A stretch of DNA of 64,000 nt, taken from positions 1 to 64,000 of the forward strand of contig NIVC01002372.1 of NCBI GenBank assembly GCA_002269645.1. Direction: 5' to 3'. Below the pieces are notes generated by a model. It was not told the origin of the DNA. It made no database searches and saw nothing but the letters and a program-made list of their open reading frames with translations. Position 1 is the stretch's first letter; every line of letters starts with the position of its first letter. Positions 45,284 through 57,500 of this stretch are shown piece after piece. The stretch comes from Macrostomum lignano. Taxonomy: Eukaryota. The position numbers were made by a program, and so were the translations under genes.

Positions 45284-48200
45284 GGGTCTGTATAAAAGCA
45301 GGGCACCATTGGCACATTGGACACCCCTTATGTTAACAAAAATCGAGTTTTGATCGTTGTTTTGCTTAAATAAATCTACTTTGGCTTTCGAATGAAAATG
45401 TAAATATTTATTTATAATTGCACTTTTTTATATACTTTTAACAACCATGAGATTGGTAGTATCAACAAGTTTTATTCTACATTTAAATTCATTTCTTATC
45501 TTGCTTTATTGTCGAACTACTTTCGGTACGTCATTTTCATTTACCTAGTTGGTGCACTTACAGAAAACATAGAAACATTAAATGCCGTTTCTTGTTCTCA
45601 ATAAACGTTGGAAAAAGTGAGCAGCAGACTAGTTGCAGAATTTTATAGCCGGACATGGCATATTTGACAATTTGCAGCTGCTCTGGCTTGTTTACTGCCT
45701 TTCCATAAATCAACAGCAATGGTGAAAGTGAATCTAATCCTTCTCTCTCTCTCTCTCTCCCATAATGTTAATGTTTGATTTGTTGTTAATATGGACTTTT
45801 TAAATCCCCCGTGTCTTAAATAAAAAAACGAATAATTTTTTAAGTTATGATGTCCATCAAAATGCAATTAATTAATGTTTTAAAAACATTAAAACTCAAT
45901 AAATTATTTATTCTCTTATCAAATAGAATCCAACTCTAGAATCTTTTTCAAGGAAGGAATACTAACTCCTTAATATTCAATATGGATAATAATAAAGCAG
46001 TGCATTACTTTTTCAATTTAGAGAATCTAACAAGGAAATAAATATAATTTAGTACAGTACCATTGTAAGCAAAAAACCATAAGTTTACAGGTACAATTTT
46101 TTGTAAAGATAGATACAGCTGAAAAATTAAAATTTGACAAAAGAATACCACAAACACTAAAAATGGGGAGAAAAAGTATAACAAACATTGGCATTAATAA
46201 AAAAGTAATAAATATTGCAGCTGAGCAAATGAAATTAGCAATTAAATAATGCAATGAGTTAAATGATAAATAACAAAGAAATGCTAAATAATATCTAGCA
46301 ATGTATATTAAAGCAATTGAAGTGCACTCTGAGTTGAAAGGCTTACAACTCATAAAGTACAGTTTAAATGCAATGTAACTTTTTATTTATTTGTAACTTT
46401 ATAACAATAGAAATCATTACCATAAGCAATTGTATGAAAAGTTGCTTTTAATAGTCTTATGTACTTTATCTCTACTCTAAGAGCTAACTTTCTATAAATA
46501 TATATGATTCCTTGTATAAAATTAGGGATTCTTTAAAAAATTCATGCTGCGATATGCAGATATCACACTCTTGACCCAAGAAAATTATTGAAAGTGGTCA
46601 ACCAATTAGCACAAAAAAATTATAGACAGGGCTGTAATGGTGCAAGTGGTGTTTCGGCACACCACTTAAATTAAAGTTGAAATTTTTGGAGCAGTTACAC
46701 TAAAGAAAATTATTATTTTATAAAATTAAGAGAGGCTAATAAAATTAGTAGGGCTTGAATTGAATAATATGCTGTGAAGACTCAAACTTGTAAGCCAAGA
46801 AGGCTAGAATTAGGGTTAGCAATTAGGCAATAAGGCGAACTATAGATATTAAGGAATGTGTAGGTATTAAATACATAAATCATGCAGGTGCTAATAGTAG
46901 CTTAAAACCTATCACTTGGTCCCTTAGAACACCATAATTTTAGACATTAGAATTAAAAAATCGTGTTTTAATGATTGGGAACTTGTTCTTATTGGAAAAC
47001 TTCTCATAAACATAGAAATATTAATATAAACAATACTAATAAATTTGCCTATTAAAACTTTGTGTCATTTGTAGGATTTTAGAAGAAGGAAGTATACCCT
47101 GCAACATACGTGCAGAATATTTATGTGCTAAAGGATTTAGGTCTGAAATAAATGACAATTAATGTTATGTGAAGATGGTTTATATGTTGTTTATTCAAAG
47201 CGTCACATATAACTTTTCAGTAAAAAGACTTCTTGGTCTGTAAGGTAGATTTTTTACTTAAATGCTTGAATTTTTTAACTCATAATTTAAATGATTAGCA
47301 CAATTTCTTAAATATCATGACTTGGCAAATTATTCATAATAAAAGGTTTTCTTACAAGGATTGTATATAAAGAAGAGACTGTAATTTGAACTTTCACTTT
47401 GAACTTTTTATATACTATAAAAGCTGGCACTGGCACATTGGACACATTGGACACCCCTTTTTATAACAAAATTAGATATGAAAATGCAGAATAAACTTGT
47501 GGAGTTACTTTAAATAATTTTTAAAAAATGATAATATTAGAAATGACATCCTTGCTTTCGTGATAGATGATTTGTTAAATATTCTTTGTATTATCGTTTT
47601 TTGTACATGTTTAATTTGGCATTCGATTTTTTAAAATAATCGCACTTGCAAAAACTGTACAGCTTGCAATGCTATTACTCTGTGATTTTACTACCCCGAA
47701 GGTTCTGTACTACAGGCGTACCGATTTAATGCTAAATATGCCTGATATATGAAATGATCAAACTAATAGTCAGAACTCAATTCTCCATAAAATGATGAAG
47801 CATTCTGGTCTTATCAAAAAACCACAACTTATTTTGTTAGGATTACTTCATGAAGAACGAACTTTGGATATTCCAAATTGCAAGTATTTCTATAATAAAA
47901 TAGTTAATACATTGGCAGATTATTTGATGAAAAAATTGCACCCAAAAAGTTTTTTTTACTTTGAAAGATGATGAAAATATTAATAATTTCCAAGCTTCTT
48001 CTTTTATTAGTTCAATTACTTTTTGTATGATTTCAACCAACAAAAAAGGAATAGCTACTCAGTGAAAGTTCAAATTACAGTCTCTTCTTTATATACAATC
48101 CTTTTAAGAAAACCTTTATTATTATGAATAATTTGCCAAGTCATGATATTTAAGAAATTGTGCTAATCATTTAAATTATGAGTTAAAAAATGCAAGCATA

Positions 48201-50180
48201 TAAGTAAAAAATCTACCCTACAGACCAAGAAGTCTTTTTACTGAAAAGTTATATGTGACGCTTTGAATAAACAACATATAAACCATCTTCACATAACATT
48301 AATTGTCATTTATTTCAGACCTAAATCCTTTAGCACATAAATATTCTGCACGTATGTTGCAGGGTATACTTCCTTCTTCTAAAATCCTACAAATGACACA
48401 AAGTTTTAATAGGCAAATTTATTAGTATTGTTTATATTAATATTTCTATGTTTATGAGAAGTTTTCCAATAAGAACAAGTTCCCAATCATTAAAACACGA
48501 TTTTTTAATTCTAATGTCTAAAATTATGGTGTTCTAAGGGACCAAGTGATAGGTTTTAAGCTACTATTAGCACCTGCATGATTTATGTATTTAATACCTA
48601 CACATTCCTTAATATCTATAGTTCGCCTTATTGCCTAATTGCTAACCCTAATTCTAGCCTTCTTGGCTTACAAGTTTGAGTCTTCACAGCATATTATTCA
48701 ATTCAAGCCCTACTAATTTTATTAGCCTCTCTTAATTTTATAAAATAATAATTTTCTTTAGTGTAACTGCTCCAAAAATTTCAACTTTAATTTAAGTGGT
48801 GTGCCGAAACACCACTTGCACCATTACAGCCCTGTCTATAATTTTTTTGTGCTAATTGGTTGACCACTTTCAATAATTTTCTTGGGTCAAGAGTGTGATA
48901 TCTGCATATCGCAGCATGAATTTTTTAAAGAATCCCTAATTTTATACAAGGAATCATATATATTTATAGAAAGTTAGCTCTTAGAGTAGAGATAAAGTAC
49001 ATAAGACTATTAAAAGCAACTTTTCATACAATTGCTTATGGTAATGATTTCTATTGTTATAAAGTTACAAATAAATAAAAAGTTACATTGCATTTAAACT
49101 GTACTTTATGAGTTGTAAGCCTTTCAACTCAGAGTGCACTTCAATTGCTTTAATATACATTGCTAGATGTTATTTAGCATTTCTTTGTTATTTATCATTT
49201 AACTCATTGCATTGTTTAATTGCTAATTTCATTTGCTCAGCTGCAATATTTATTACTTTTTTATTAATGCCAATGTTTGTTATACTTTTTCTCCCAATTT
49301 TTAGTGTTTGTGGTATTCTTTTGTGAAATTTTAATTTTTCAGCTGTATCTATCTTTACAAAAATTGTACCTGTAAACTTATGGTTTTTTGCTTACAATGG
49401 TACTGTACTAAATTATATTTTATTTCCTTGTTAGATTCTCTAAATTGAAAAAGTAATGCACTGCTTTATTATCATGCATATTGAATATTAAGGATAGTTA
49501 GTATTCCTTCCTTGAAAAAGATTCTAGAGTTGGATTCTATTTGATAAGAGAATAAATAATTTATTGAGTTTTAATGTTTTTAAAACATTAATTAATTGCA
49601 TTTTGATGGAAATCATAACTTAAAAAATTATTCGTTTTTTTATTTAAGACACGGGGGATTTCAAAAGTCCATATTAACAACAAATCAAACATTAAAATTA
49701 TGGGAGAGAGAGAGAGAGAGAGAAGTATTAGATTCACTTTCACCATTGCTGTTGATTTATGGAAAGGCAGTAAACAAGCCAGAGCAGCTGCAAATTGTCA
49801 AATATGCCATGTCCGGCTATAAAATTCTGCAACTAGTCTGCTGCTCACTTTTTCCAACGTTTATTGAGGACAAGAAACGGCATTTAATGTTTCTATGTTT
49901 TCTGTAAGTGCACAAACTAGGTAAATGAAAATGACGTACCGAAAGTAGTTCGACAATAAAGCAAGATAAGAAATGAATTTAAATGTAGTATAAAACTTGT
50001 TGATACTACCAATCTCATGGTTGTTAGAAGTATATGAAAAATGCAATTATAAATAAATATTTACATTTTCATTCGAAAGCCAAAGTATATTTATTCAAGC
50101 AAAACAACGACCAAAACTCGATTTTTGTTAACATAAGGGGTGTCCAATGTGCCAATGGTGCCCTGCTTTTATACAGACCC
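45284..50180. repeat. 4.9-kb inverted duplication: arms 45284-47398 and 48061-50180, 662-bp spacer
   Basis: The arms are reverse complements with scattered substitutions. The mirrored ORFs MSCKPFNSEC... occur at 46353 (-) and 49108 (+), and MHFDG.HNLK... at 45867 (-) and 49596 (+). Confidence 0.95.
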
Positions 50181-50254
50181 TTTTATAAATACGAGCCTCT
50201 TATCAGAGCCTGTTTTTGTGCTAAAAATAGAAACTGAGTCATAGTTCGTTATTA

Positions 50255-50500
50255 GAAGGCGTTCTGCTTTTATTAGCGGCGCCTTCTATTAGCGTGCTGC
50301 CGACTTCTTCCCCAGTGCGTACTTACCTAACTATTGCCTATCCCAGACGTTCTGTTCCCAGGCGTATTGCCTAATCCCAATCCCCTATTAGGCGTTCTGC
50401 CATCCCTGCCAAAATTCCCCATTGGGCAATAAGTTCCCCTCTTAAAATAGCGCGTATCCCCATTCTCTAGGCAACTCCGATCCATCGCGAAGCCCTATTA
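50255..50500. mobile_element. Fragment related to the putative LTR at 37580-38062, opposite orientation
   Basis: aggcaactccgatccatcgcgaagccc and cctattaggcg match the reverse complement of 37681-37785. Confidence 0.55.
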
Positions 50501-51522
50501 AGACTGGAATTAAGTAGTTTAGTTAGATAGTGTCTTACTGCTCGGGCACAAACGCTAACGGAGTCGATAAAACATACTCCTTATACATGTAGACTATAGT
50601 AATATAAATAGAAAGTACTCTGCTCAATTCCAGGAAAACTCCAGAACCCTACCACAAATTCGGTGACAGCTGTGAAATTATTAAGTCAAAAGAGCACTCC
50701 AGAACTTCCCCTACGACAAATTTGTTGGCATCGACTAAGATTAAAATACCCCGTAACATAAGCTTAAACTATGAAGGGTGGATTTTTAATTAGCAGAAAG
50801 ATCACAAAAAATTGTACATGCTGTTTAATGCTGAATCAATCAGATTGGCGACAGAGCTAACTTAAACTAATCTTGTGAGGTTTTTCGTGGGAGGTTGGGC
50901 CTTCGTGTTTGTTTTTGTTATTTTATTCCTTTGTTTGGTCACGTGCTCTTTGTACTTGTGACTGTAAATTTTAACCTCTGCCCCCTCAGGGGTGAGTCGT
51001 TGAATGTTATTGAATGTTATCCATCATTAATGCTAAGTATACTTCGTTTACTTTGTCCTACATTCTTGGCTCTTACACTTACTATTCAAGTTCTCAAATT
51101 TGCTGCGCATTTCTGCTTCGTGTATTGTAAGGCTGCAGAATCGGTGTTGTACCATCAATTGTTTAAAGTTAATTTAGACAGAATTTGAGCGACACAGAAT
51201 TCCGAATGACACTCTGGGTTAAAACACAAGCAGTATAAAACACAATGGAATATGCTTTTAAAAGAGCGGAGAAAAGTCACGTGCATATTGACTGACTGGC
51301 ACACAAACAGATCGAATGCGAGGTCTAAAAGCCTCACCCTTTACCCTAACAGAATATGGAACACAGTAAAACAGCGAGCCAGTCGCTCGCAATGGAATTA
51401 TAAAAAACTCATTGAACTATACTGTATGAGCAGAAAAAAGATCGTAATCAAGCGGCCGGCACTGCTGCATGGCTAATATTATAGAACTTGCTTAAGTCTA
51501 CTTCTGCAGCAGTGCTGGTGGC

Positions 51523-53633
51523 CTACTTGCGGCAAATCTGGCAGAGCACATTATAAGACGGGTTCCGGTCGTGGTCAACGAAGCCATAGGTTCGCCTCCA
51601 GCGGTGGTAGGCGTTGTACTTCTCAGAATCTGCCGCTATACTCTCCTGACCGCGTGGCCCCACAACCCGTTGGAGTAGATCTTCTCCGTGATATAGTCGC
51701 GACAGAATACATTTTCAAAGCTCAGGTGAAAATATAGTACTACCTAGAAAGGTCAACCATGCTCTGACTGTCTGGCAGTGCTCTGTTGCCGCAACGTCCG
51801 TAGAGGTGCAGCTCCATGTCCTTGGCGTCAGAATCTCTTGCCGACGGTTGAACGGCAGTTGGACACGGCTATGAAGCTGAGGTATCTATTCTCAGCAAGG
51901 GAAACCTTCGGTGGCAGAGCGATCGGTCTGGAATGTAGGGCAGCGGTTTCGATTGAAAATTTCATCCAGGGGCGTCGCCATGGATTTTATGTTGGGGGGG
52001 GGACAAAGCCAAGAATTCCAAATGTACATGACTAAACTCCTACATGTACAATATTTTCAAAATCGGTGTCATCAATCATTTCAGCGCCGCAGGCACTCAT
52101 TTCGGCGCCGCAGGCACTCAGTTTAGTGCCACCGCAGGCGCTATACTTTGTCACCCTGAAGCAAAATTATTGATTTCCACAAGGTGGAGTGGGGTGGACA
52201 AAGCATTGGCATGTCCCCCCGATAGATTTTACTGGGGGGGGGGCATGTCCCCCCCTGTCCCCCCCCCTCGGTGGCGACGCCCCTGATTTCATCATCCCTA
52301 GGCAGCTTAATTCCTCTAGCTGGTATTTACAGATAGCTTTTTCAATTCTGGAATCAAATCACAAGCAGTAAGTTTAAGTGATTCCGAGTACTTGTTAAGT
52401 TGAGAAGGGATGGGAAAAGGTGGGAAAGATGGGAAAAGGGAGAGCTCAGAACGGTAAGCATTATACTCTCTTAAGCTAGCCCTTTCCCGATGAACAACGC
52501 TTTAGAGTCATTTCAGGTGACACAGGTAAAATAGGAAATAAGTGAGTCTAGACGACTCTAAAACGACAAGATGTCACATGTCACGGAACAAGTCGCCAAA
52601 AAGTCGTCGAAGAGACGCCTAAGAGTCAATTTGAGGCTCTGGGGCGCTTCAATAATGACTATGGGGCCATAGAGTCGTATCTGAGGCGTGCTGGAGTCTC
52701 TGTAGAATCACTGAGTTGCGTCTAAAGTGCATCTGCCTCACTTTATCAATTATAATTGCATTTCGAATTTATAACAACTCTATTTAGTCTACTTGAGGTA
52801 GTAGAAAGTGTTAAGCGCTAAAACAGAAAGACTCTTGGACGACTCTCGCGACTCTTACAATTCTACAACTCGTGATGCGCTCGTGACTTAACAGTCGCCT
52901 CTCCGTCGCATTGCAGTCGTTAAAGTTGTGCAAGATTCGCCTAATAGTCGCTTGAGTCACTAGTGAGTTGTTTCCAATGGCTATTTAGCAATTCTTGCCA
53001 GGGGTAACGCTTTCAATGGGATTTTAAGCGGACCTACCTGCTGTGTAGTTGTAAGGCCTACAACAGTATACGCGGAAGTAGCCGCCATCTCCTTACCCGC
53101 TATGCGTCTCTCCAGTCGCGCTGGCAACCGGCTCAAACCGATAGTAGGGCGTGTAGATTGTCGAATCTCGTCGGTAAGTCATCGTCCAATTGAAGTAATT
53201 CGCCTCCTCAGTCGTGTCCGGGTTTTCTCGCAACAGGTAGGAAGGAAACGTGAACTGTTTAAAGTAGGCCAGAGTGTCGTCAACAAAGGATAACCAGGTC
53301 GCTTTCAAGCAATGCTGGCCGCATCGTTGAGTAGTCAGAGGCATCGGACTCTCGATGCTGTAGTAGATCCACAGCCGATTCCGTGGCAGCGTCTGTCGCA
53401 TGCGACGCAGGCGTTTCTGACTGGGCAAATCGTATAGGTGTGAAACAGCAGGGCGTGGGCCTGTGAGTGGTCAGCAATGAGCCGGCAGTTGGAGGCGGAG
53501 ACAGGCACCAAACCAGGCTGCAGCACCTCATTCCAGTAGCTGTAGCTGCGGAAGATTCTGGTAGCCAAGCCGATGCAGGTGGCGTTGGCTGGACAGCCGA
53601 CGCTGGTAGCCAACGTACCGTGACGACGATAGC
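51523..53633 (-). pseudogene. Alpha-1,3-fucosyltransferase (GT10) pseudogene; first exon not found
   Basis: Exon 53097-53633 (ALLFHT, LWIYYSIESP, NYFNWTMTYRRDSTIYTPY) and exon 51523-51927 (AVSNC, LYGRCG, FHLSFENVFCRDYITEK, YNAYHRWRRTY, LCQICRK*), joined in phase 2. Frameshifts, in-frame stops and a deletion after GLWGHAV. Confidence 0.85.
51967..52285. mobile_element. hAT MITE in the fucosyltransferase intron
   Basis: Perfect 14-bp TIR caggggcgtcgcca / tggcgacgcccctg; perfect 8-bp TSD atttcatc. Confidence 0.92.
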
Positions 53634-54558
53634 CTACTCAGTTTAGTAAACAGTGAGATTAAAAGGGATAAATCATAGTAGAAAGTACATAGGCATAATA
53701 AAGCTTGTTGACAACAGGGTATTCTAGGACAGTCATGTGTTAACTATACCACAGCGTGTCCCTAATTAATTGTACAATCGATTCTCTATGCCCTGGGCAA
53801 CCAGAATGCTGCGTACATCTCTTAATAGGCTTGCATTTTTATCTATTGCCATAAAAATAGCTTTTTTTGTCAAAGCTCAAACAAGATCTGAAAAATGATG
53901 GCAAAATCTGTAGGTAGCGGGCTAGATTAGCAGTAGATTACTGCTAACAGCTTGAATGTATACTATCGGCGTATATCGCTCGCAGAATTTTCGTTATTTT
54001 TAAAAAAAAATTCATTGCAGTCATGTGTCTGCGCGTCGTTGCGTGCGTGTACTCGACAACCTCTATGCAGAAACCACAAGCTTAAGAAAGTTTTTAGTGT
54101 CTATTATCTTTGAGAATGAGCAGTTTTCAAAGTCTAGTAGTGTTATATAGGTGCTTTAAAGAGAAACGGCAAAAGCTTTTATCGGCAGAACAGACACTTG
54201 ATTAGATAGTTGACTGTTGGCGACTGTAGTTGGGCCCTGGAAAATTTTTAAAACTGTTAGAAAATGTAGCGAACGTTAAAGCCAGCATTTCGAGCCATCG
54301 GATTAGTAAATAAAGGGTGGGTATCTTATCTCCTTGCCTCAACGACCTTGGCTCAATTGATCTCGAGTCTAATCTCAAATGGCCAGAGTGAGAACCTGCT
54401 TTTTCCGGCACAAGAAATTCTTAGATTTTTTAAAAGGCGTAACTAGGTTGTAAGCGGTTTAGAAGTTTTCTGACAGACATTTTTTGTTATAACTTGGAAC
54501 TACCAAAAGCCAAACAGAATTTACCATCAGACTAAAGAATTTTTCTGATTTCTTCACA

Positions 54559-57500
54559 ATGAAGGCGACATTGTTGCCGTGTCTGCTTGCGCTTTGCTGC
54601 TGTCAGCTTAGCCAGCAGATGCAGCTTTCTGAAGAGCAAAGTGAGTAAATCTTTGGGAGCCTTCTGTAGGGGTCAGCTGTTTTCGACTTGAGGTCTTCCA
54701 TCAAGTCTCTTCCTTGCTTAAATTAATTCCATATCCTCCGATTGCTAAAAATTAACTGACGAAAAATTCACCCTGAGAAATCATTTGTAAACAGCACTTA
54801 CTAGGCCAAGGTCGTCCGACAGAAGCTATAGAACAACCTTCAGAAGCTACAGAACAACCTACAGAACCTACAGAATGGTTGGCACCACGGGCGGCGCAGG
54901 ACAGCAGATGCAGACGGGAGATATCAGCTGGGACTCCGACGATTTGTCGATGAATGGCGACAACGATCTTTGGAGCGATTCCGATTTCGACATCGACACC
55001 GGCGGCGACTTTGACTTTGACGACGGAATGAGTGGCACCGGCGACATCGGCGGCGAGGATGGTCTCGACTGGAGCATTGATATGAGCGGCGGCAGCGGCA
55101 GCGGCATCGGCAGCGGCAGCGGAACCGGAACCGGAAGCGGCAGTGGAGGTCAACTGAAACCGGGTTTCAACGTCATGCAGCTCTATGGTGCTACAAATGA
55201 CCCGGCGCAGCCGTCCTACCCGCTGGTGCCATCAGCCAGGCCTGTAGACAACAGCAGCAAGTACATCGACGGCAGAGTGCCGCAACCGCCGCAGCGAGTC
55301 AGACTACGAGGCAATCAAAGCGACATGAATCCCAACGAGGGTCGGGTAGAGGTATTCTACAACGGCCAATGGGGTCTCGTTTGCGACGATCATTTTAGCG
55401 AGGCGGAAGCCAATGTTGCCTGTCTTAGTCTGGGGTTCAAGAGGTGAGCTGCAATGATATAACAATAATAATTCAAAATCATAGCTATGATCCGACGCAA
55501 TGGGGCCAGATGTGCAACCGACAGCTCAGCCGTAGTTATTACGCAGCGCATCTGAAGGCTGGATACGGCTGTTCAGTCCAAGGACTGGGGTCTCCACACA
55601 CCCTCAGTTACCCCAGCTAATGCTGGCACCCATTTTACAGCTGGGTGAACTTGAGCAGTGCAGAGTTAAGTGTCTTGCTCAAGGGCAAATTGTTCCAGTG
55701 GGATCCGGGAATCGAACCCCCGACCTTCAAGTCTTGACTCCGACGCTCTAACCCCTAAACTACAACTCCTACAGCTAACTGTTAATTGTTTTTAGCTTTT
55801 ATGTGTAAATATAATTTTACGTTTACAAAATACGATCTCGTATTAGTGCTATAAAGTAGTAGAGAATTCGTTTTTATCCATTAGCTTATTATGTCAACTA
55901 GCCATTGCACTGACCTCTGAGTGCGCACTCGGGCACACAATATTATACAGCAGCTCAGTCAGTGCACACACTGTATGTCTTATATTTACCAGTCAGCCGT
56001 CATAGCCGTGAGTTGCAAGACAAACCGCAGAGAAATAAAAATCTGTCAAATCGAACTGAGGTACTTTGCCGAGACACTTTACACAATATATGCGTCACCT
56101 AATCCACTACCTTGTATCCCATTAGTGAGTTATGCTACCATAAGTAGAAATATGGAAAAGTTTTACTAAAATTAAATTGAATCAACTCGATCGAAACAGC
56201 GGCTCTAACCGGATCTACTCTGGTTCGTTTTTCGGCACCGGCGGTTATTCAGCTCGAGACATCCGCATGGAGCGGCTGCGTTGCAGTCCCAGCGCCGAGG
56301 AGGTTGGGCTGCATCGATGCAGCCACAGCCACCTGAACCGCTGCTCCTTGGATAACACTGCGGGTGTGGAGTGCCAGTACAATGAAGGTAAAATGCCTGA
56401 CATCCTGCGCCGTCTACCAAAATGTGTATCAAAATAAAATTCATGCTTCTCTATTTTTCAAACCACAGGCTGCGAGTTCGGCTGGACAGGATTCGACGGT
56501 CTCTGCTATCGGGTTGAAGCTGCCAGCCCCAAAACGCCCGAGGATGCTGCTAGGGTGTGCGAAGCTCAGGACTCCACTCTGGCCTACGTGCTCAGCGAAT
56601 CTGAGAACAATTTCATCAGCAACATGTTGTACACCAAGTTTAACAGTGCGTTTCTCGATAAAAACTAAATGCAGTAGTAAAAACCTGAACCGCTCTGATC
56701 GTATATATTACCTTACTAAATCACCAACAGACCTCAGCGCAGTGTGGACTGGCGGTCAGTACGCTCTCATTGAGAGACAGCGAAGTGAACCGCGCGGCGG
56801 CAGGGAGAGTTCCGAATACGAGGACAGCTGGGTGTACAAAGATAAACAGCACATTATCTCACCTGATAAGGCTGTTTGGTTCCCAGGTACGGAGCCAGTT
56901 TCATTTAGGATAGATTTAAAAAACGGTGGCATTCAAAGCTAAAAAATGTTCATTTCAGGCTTCGGATACCAACTTTCGAGTATGAGACCGCAAGATGAAG
57001 AGAAAAAGTCCTGCTTAGCCTTGTCGAAAATCTTCTACAACAGCAGAACGAGAAACAACACGGAGGTGAACTATTTCTGGTGGGACAATGTCAGCTGTAA
57101 AACTCGGCTCCCTTTTGTTTGCCAGAAGCTTGCAGAAACTTCTGACTGCTACAATGGCACCGGAGTTGACTATATGGGCGACGCTATCAGGTTTGTTACA
57201 CAGTAATCACAATAGTATCACGCCCTATCAAGTATCACTTTCCATCCGAAACTGGCTCGCAGCTATACCAAACTATTATAACTCAAGTCTATAATTGTGT
57301 TTCATAAATCCTGTAAGACGCCTATTATTGTATTGAATAATAAAGCCTCAATTAACCTTGTCAGAACTGAGGACGGCAGCCTCTGCCAAATGTGGGGTTC
57401 GGATAATCCCGACTGGCGAATGCGCTCGAGTCGCGGTCGATCTGGCCGTATTAGTTCAAGGGCCCGCGGCAGAGGTCGCGGCCGCGGATCGGGAAGAAGA

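Noticed and set aside
51252-51476. Possible CR1-like LINE 3' remnant (NRIWNTV)
   Set aside because: Only a weak resemblance to the CR1 terminal motif; insufficient to call.
51560-51660. Apparent tRNA/SINE-like GC-rich segment on the plus strand
   Set aside because: It is the antisense of the fucosyltransferase last exon.
52486-53006. Segment rich in gactc/gagtc/gtcgc motifs resembling a CMC-type MITE
   Set aside because: Could not define convincing TIRs or a TSD.
54752-55153. Antisense ORFs over GC-rich exons (also 36097-37108, 19416-19763, 30168-30803)
   Set aside because: Shadows of real coding exons on the opposite strand.
55690-55770. tRNA gene-like A/B boxes (also 29860-29935 and ~63496-63560)
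   Set aside because: No complete cloverleaf; the first two are SINE heads and the third is too degenerate to call.
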